A stretch of DNA of 63,930 nt, the filler included, from Octopus bimaculoides (Eukaryota), in NCBI RefSeq assembly GCF_001194135.2. It is 5 parts of 5 records of this genome, joined end to end, with 100 filler letters (N's around TTAATTAATTAA, not from the genome) between each part and the next. Parts side by side here need not be neighbours in the genome. Positions count along the whole stretch, not along the records: positions 58,497 to 63,930 come from NC_068983.1; 4 more parts are not named here. One strand, 5' to 3'. Positions 58,935-63,930 of this stretch are shown here, in pieces (the stretch's first letter is position 1; every line of letters begins with the position of its first letter). Below the pieces are notes generated by a model. That model was not told the origin of the DNA. It did not search any database and saw only the letters and a list, made by a program, of their open reading frames with translations. Made by a program: the position numbers and the translations under genes.

Positions 58935-59595
58935 GAGGTGGTAAGTGGATTACATCGTCCCCACTGCTCAACTGGTACTTATTTTATCAACACTGAAAGG
59001 ATAAAAAGCAATACCGACCACGGTGGAATTTGAACTCAGAACGTGAACACGGGCGAAAAGCCGCTAAGCATTCGTTCGGTGTACTAATGATTCTTATTTC
59101 TTTACTACCCACATGGGGCTACACACAGAGTGGACAAACAAGGACAGACAAACGGATTAAGTCAATTATATCGACCCCAGTGCGTAACTGGTACTTATTT
59201 AATCGACCCCGAAAGGATNNNNNNNNNNCCAGTGCGTAACTGGTACTTATTTAATCGACCCCGAAAGGATGAAAGGTAAAGTCGACCTCGGCGGAATTTG
59301 AACTCAGAGCATAAAGACAGACGAAATGCCGCTAAAGATTTCGCCCAGTGTGCTAACGTTTCTTATTTCTTTACTGCCCACAAGGGGCTACACACAGAGG
59401 GAACAAACAAGGATAGACCAACTGATTAAGTCGATTATATCGACCCCAGTGCGTACCTGATACTTATTTAATCCACCACGAAAGGATGAAATGCAAAGTC
59501 GACCTCGACCTAATTTTAACTCAGAACATAAAGACAGACGAAATGCTGCTTAGCATTTCGCCCGGTGTGCTAACGTTTCTGCCAGCTCGCCGCCC
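58935..59595 (-). mobile_element. Tandem cluster of family F SINE copies
   Basis: The atcgacccc(a/g)..aaggatgaaa..gtcgacctc..gaactcag unit recurs about three times. Confidence 0.75.
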
Positions 59596-62500
59596 TATAT
59601 TTTACAAAATATTACAAAATATCTTCATGCAGAAATGGCGGTTACTAGATTATGATTTAATTATTATGATCACGTGATCGAGTTTTTGAAATCTAAGGAA
59701 GTGTTTTGATCTTGTTGCTACTGATTTATTTCTATTTTCGAAGCTTTGCCCATTTTATTTTGGTAACTATCTTTGCGCAAACCTCTTTTGCATCAATGTG
59801 GTATTATTTCCTGTATTTTTTCTTTCTTGTCTTTTCATAATGCAAAATCTCTCTCAATGTTAGGCTTGACAGTTGCCACTAATGGAAATGACACCAATCA
59901 CCTTCCAAGCAGATCATAATCAGCTTCTGTTCAGATCATAATTTTAAGGTCAGCAGAGACATGAAAAATAGACTCCATTAAACAGCATACATAGAAAATA
60001 ACTACCAAAATCAAAAAAAGTGACCCAGCAACCAAATAATCTGGATTCAGCTGCAAGAAAGCATCCTGTTTAAAATACAAGAAAGCAAAAATAATAATAA
60101 TAATAATAAAACAACTAGCTTTTAGAGCCAGAAGAGAGATAATCTTTTTTTTTTTATCAAAGGCTGTCACAACATGTTACAGATGAAATGTGTTCCGGCG
60201 CATCACCAGAAGGCATCTGAGAGAATATAGAATTTTAATATGGGTCTGTGTCGCTTATTGAAAAAATCCCGACTAATGGAAATATATTTCTGGAACTGAT
60301 CAAAAAGTGGTACCTCGATGTTTTCTTAAAGTTAATTTTCTCTGATGTATTTTAGGTGTTCCCTCGTTAGATTCAAAATGGCCACCAGTGTTAAAGAATG
60401 TAAATAATGGCCACCAGTGTTAAAGAATGTAAATAATGTAAATAAAGCACATAATTCCTCTTCTCTTAAATATAGAACTGTAACGAGTATGACTTAGCAA
60501 GCGTGATTTCGCTTGGCTATAACCATGGAAGGCATAAAAGTGGGTAGCCACACGGTTCTACTTTTGCTGCTGGATATAAGGATGTGTTTGTTAATTGAGG
60601 AGGCCATATTATCGCCCGATTTTGCATCTTCCAATACTAGAGTGAAATGAAATCTTGGCCGCTAAAGCGTACTTGCTGTTTCATAGGTTTAAACTATGTT
60701 GGAATATTACATCTCAGGAAAGCCCTGGGGAGGAGGAGAAGTAACATATGGGTGTATTCTCCTTAAAGAACATAGTTAAGTGCAAGTTAACATAATTAAT
60801 CTAGTGACATTTTTTTATAATTAATTTAAAGTACACCGAAATGAATAACTACAAAACTAAAATATATTAAAAATTAAATTCGGTGGCAAGTGACAGCTCA
60901 TTGCTTCAAATCAAATAAACTGTTCTCCTAAGTTCACGGAACATAAATTCATATTCAAGCCTGGACAGTTTCTCAATGTGAACCTTTTAAAAATTTATGG
61001 TAATTGAAATCAAATCTAAACTAAAGTACTTTAATAGCAAAGAATATTTATTTAAAGCGGTCCAGGAAAAATATTAAAAATAAAAGCCGGCATTACTGAA
61101 AGAAATTTTCTGAAAGTATAATATTAATAAACCACTCCGAGATAATTAAGACGGAATTATTTAATATTAAATGATCTAAACGCGTACATATAATTCTATT
61201 TTTAAAATAAATTGTAACAAAATGAGTTAATTTTATTTTGAATCAATTTTTTTTTGTTTAATTTTCCTGCGTTCCATTACTTCATGTGTGTGTGTATGTA
61301 TATGTATGTGCGGGTGTAATTATATGTATGGATACATGTATCTATATTTAAATATTTACAAATATACATACATACATACATACATGCATGCATGCATGCA
61401 TATATATATATATATATATATGGATGTACGCATCATACTCACAAATGCACAATCATACACANNNNNNNNNNNNNNNNNNNNNNNNNNNCATACATATGCA
61501 TATACGTATGTATGTATGTATGTATGTATGTATGTATTTATATATGTATGTATGTACGTTCGTATGTTTGTCTGTATGTATAAATACCTTTCAGAGTTGT
61601 ATTGGAATCACGACTGTAATCTATTTTATCTTTTATATTAAATTATTCATATCAAACTTTTTCCACGTTCCCCGCATTTTGTTTCGAATATAGACGTTTC
61701 TGACTCTATCTTCAATGATACACCTTACATTTTCTTCGGATTGTATGTCTGAAGTGTGGTTTATTTATTTTTAAAAGATCTTGTTAGTGAGTAATGCTCG
61801 GAAAAATAGGCACAGCAAATCTAAATGGTAAAGTCTGTCATACCGGCCATGATGAAATACCACAAGGTATAGAAAATACGTATTCGTCTTTATATATTTA
61901 ATCATTTATATTGAACACTCCATATTTGATCTATTCAATAAGACATATTCCATATATTCAATAAGACATTCAATACTTTATTTCATTGTACCATCCATTT
62001 TTATTTTATATTATATATTGTATATTCCATATTCTATATCCCACATTGGTTTGCAGGAATATAAATAAAACATAAAAAACAGACAGTGTTGGAACTCTTT
62101 TAAACAAAATAATATATTNNNNNNNNNNNNNNNNNNNNNNNNNNNNNNNNNNNNNNNNNNNNNNNNNNNNNNNNNNNNNNNNNNNNNNNNNNNNNNNNNN
62201 NNNNNNNNNNNNNNNNNNNNNNNNNNNNNNNNNNNNNNNNNNNNNNNNNNNNNNNNNNNNNNNNNNNNNNNNNNNNNNNNNNNNNNNNNNNNNNNNNNNN
62301 NNNNNNNNNNNNNNNNNNNNNNNNNNNNNNNNNNNNNNNNNNNNNNNNNNNNNNNNNNNNNNNNNNNNNNNNNNNNNNNNNNNNNNNNNNNNNNNNNNNN
62401 NNNNNNNNNNNNNNNNNNNNNNNNNNNNNNNNNNNNNNNNNNNNNNNNNNNNNNNNNNNNNNNNNNNNNNNNNNNNNNNNNNNNNNNNNNNNNNNNNNNN

Positions 62501-62825
62501 NNNNNNNNNNNNNNNNNNNNNNNNNNNNNNNNNNNNNNNNNNNNNNNNNNNNNNNNNNNNNNNNNNNNNNNNNNNNNNNNNNNNNNNNNNNNNNNNNNNN
62601 NNNNNNNNNNNNNNNNNNNNNNNNNNNNNNNNNNNNNNNNNNNNNNNNNNNNNNNNNNNNNNNNNNNNNNNNNNNNNNNNNNNNNNNNNNNNNNNNNNNN
62701 NNNNNNNNNNNNNNNNNNNNNNNNNNNNNNNNNNNNNNNNNNNNNNNNNNNNNNNNNNNNNNNNNNNNNNNNNNNNNNNNNNNNNNNNNNNNNNNNNNNN
62801 NNNNNNNNNNNNNNNNNNNNNNNNN

Positions 62826-62862
62826 TGTGAGGCACGAACTTGAAAGTGGGGACGAAGTAAGT
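62826..62862 (+). other. Candidate exon end emerging from a gap (VRHELESGDE|GTAAGT)
   Basis: Canonical GTAAGT donor at 62857 after a CpG-rich open frame; the start is hidden in Ns. Confidence 0.3.
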
Positions 62863-63866
62863 TCTCGTGTTTGCTCGGCGATAGCCAAGGAAGAAAGGGA
62901 TTATTGACCGGAAGCATGTGACCATGCCGGTGTAAGGGGAAGAGAGAGTGGTAGAGGGAGAAACAAAGGGAAGAAGTAGAAGAATAGGTGAGCAACGAGA
63001 GGAAAAGAGGAAGAGAGGAAGTACGAGGAGGGAAAAGGAGATACGTAGTAGTAACAGAGGAAGAACGAGAGAGGTAAAGAGACATACGTAGTAGTAAACA
63101 GAGGAAGAACGAGAGGGGGAAAAATTGAAGTGGAAGAGAAAGAGAAAGAGATAGAGTAGCGTCGGAAAATATAAAGTAGCGAAAACTACTTACAGATTGG
63201 TGACGCTGCGTTCGGTCATGTAAAAACAAGAAGTAAATGAGTATATGCATATATACGTACAGATATGTGCATCAAAAGTAACACTCCGTTCTTAATATCA
63301 ATAGGAATTTTACTGAGCCTGCATACATAACTAGGTACCAATATTCGCCCGTGTCACTTCTTTCAGTGGATCTCCGTATGAGGATGTTGGAATTTTTATA
63401 ATGGAACTAAGCACTGTAAGTTTAAAGACGACCCACAATGAACTCATAGACTAATATCAAAATTATCTGCATGGGTGTGTATGTGCGTGTGCGCGTTTGT
63501 GTGTATTTATGTGCAGTGATTACATGCGTGTGTAACAAGAAAAAAAACTGTTGACTTCATTACCCTGCAATAGAGCAATATATGATGTATATTATACAAA
63601 CAAATACTGTACGCATAGATTCCCGGCGAGGAACGGATATGATGTTCTTCGGGTTTCTATCGGTATACAAGGTACATGCCAGCTATTGAACTGTATTACG
63701 TGCATTGATTACTCATGGGAAATCGAATAACTAAATTTCTGTGGCGTGCCGTGCGTTCGCTGGTTTTTTAAATATATATTTATATATATCCGTGTGTGTA
63801 CACACATCCACAGGTATATATGCATATACATGCACACAGACACACACACAGACAGACAGACAGACA

Positions 63867-63930
<64 letters not shown>

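Noticed and set aside
59179-59268. Exact 40-bp repeat either side of a small gap
   Set aside because: Typical unmerged contig overlap.
61690-61730. Minus-strand TTGAAGA..GAAACGTC resembling a hammerhead core
   Set aside because: No C3, no stem II pairing and no second copy.
11961-63250. Long ORFs made of X, or of YI/CV/HT/RE dipeptide runs
   Set aside because: They span N gaps or microsatellites and have no coding signal.
63619-63671. Plus-strand exon candidate after the 62857 donor
   Set aside because: Its only open phase (1) is incompatible with the phase-0 upstream donor, and both sites are mediocre.
1-63930. CRISPR array, rRNA or prokaryotic operon-like system
   Set aside because: No repeat-spacer arrays, rRNA-like sequence or dense gene packing; the sequence is eukaryotic with spliceosomal introns.

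Overview
AT-rich, microsatellite-dense, gap-rich eukaryotic (metazoan) scaffold. The repeat families and gap style suggest an octopus genome; this is inference from recalled repeats, not a database result. One clear protein-coding gene lies on the minus strand. It has two coding exons, 9831-9415 and 8396-303, joined by a phase-0 GT-AG intron, and encodes about 2,836 aa. The product is a multi-zinc-finger protein built from about 17 dispersed C2H2+C2HC finger doublets rather than a tandem Kruppel array. The remaining ~54 kb is mostly transposon debris: at least four SINE families, Tc1/mariner elements (one with a DD37E transposase), MITEs, and R4/Dong, RTE, HERO, CR1-like, Gypsy and Helitron fragments. 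Weak candidate exons and promoter motifs also occur. The most notable non-genic signal is at 57.4-57.8 kb: a tRNA-headed element with an (AAT)n spacer and a tail carrying a minimal hammerhead-ribozyme-like core, preceded by an inverted copy of its own tail, a Penelope-like arrangement. A second repeat family has the same hammerhead-like architecture. Repeat boundaries were read by eye and are approximate unless a TSD or TIR is quoted.
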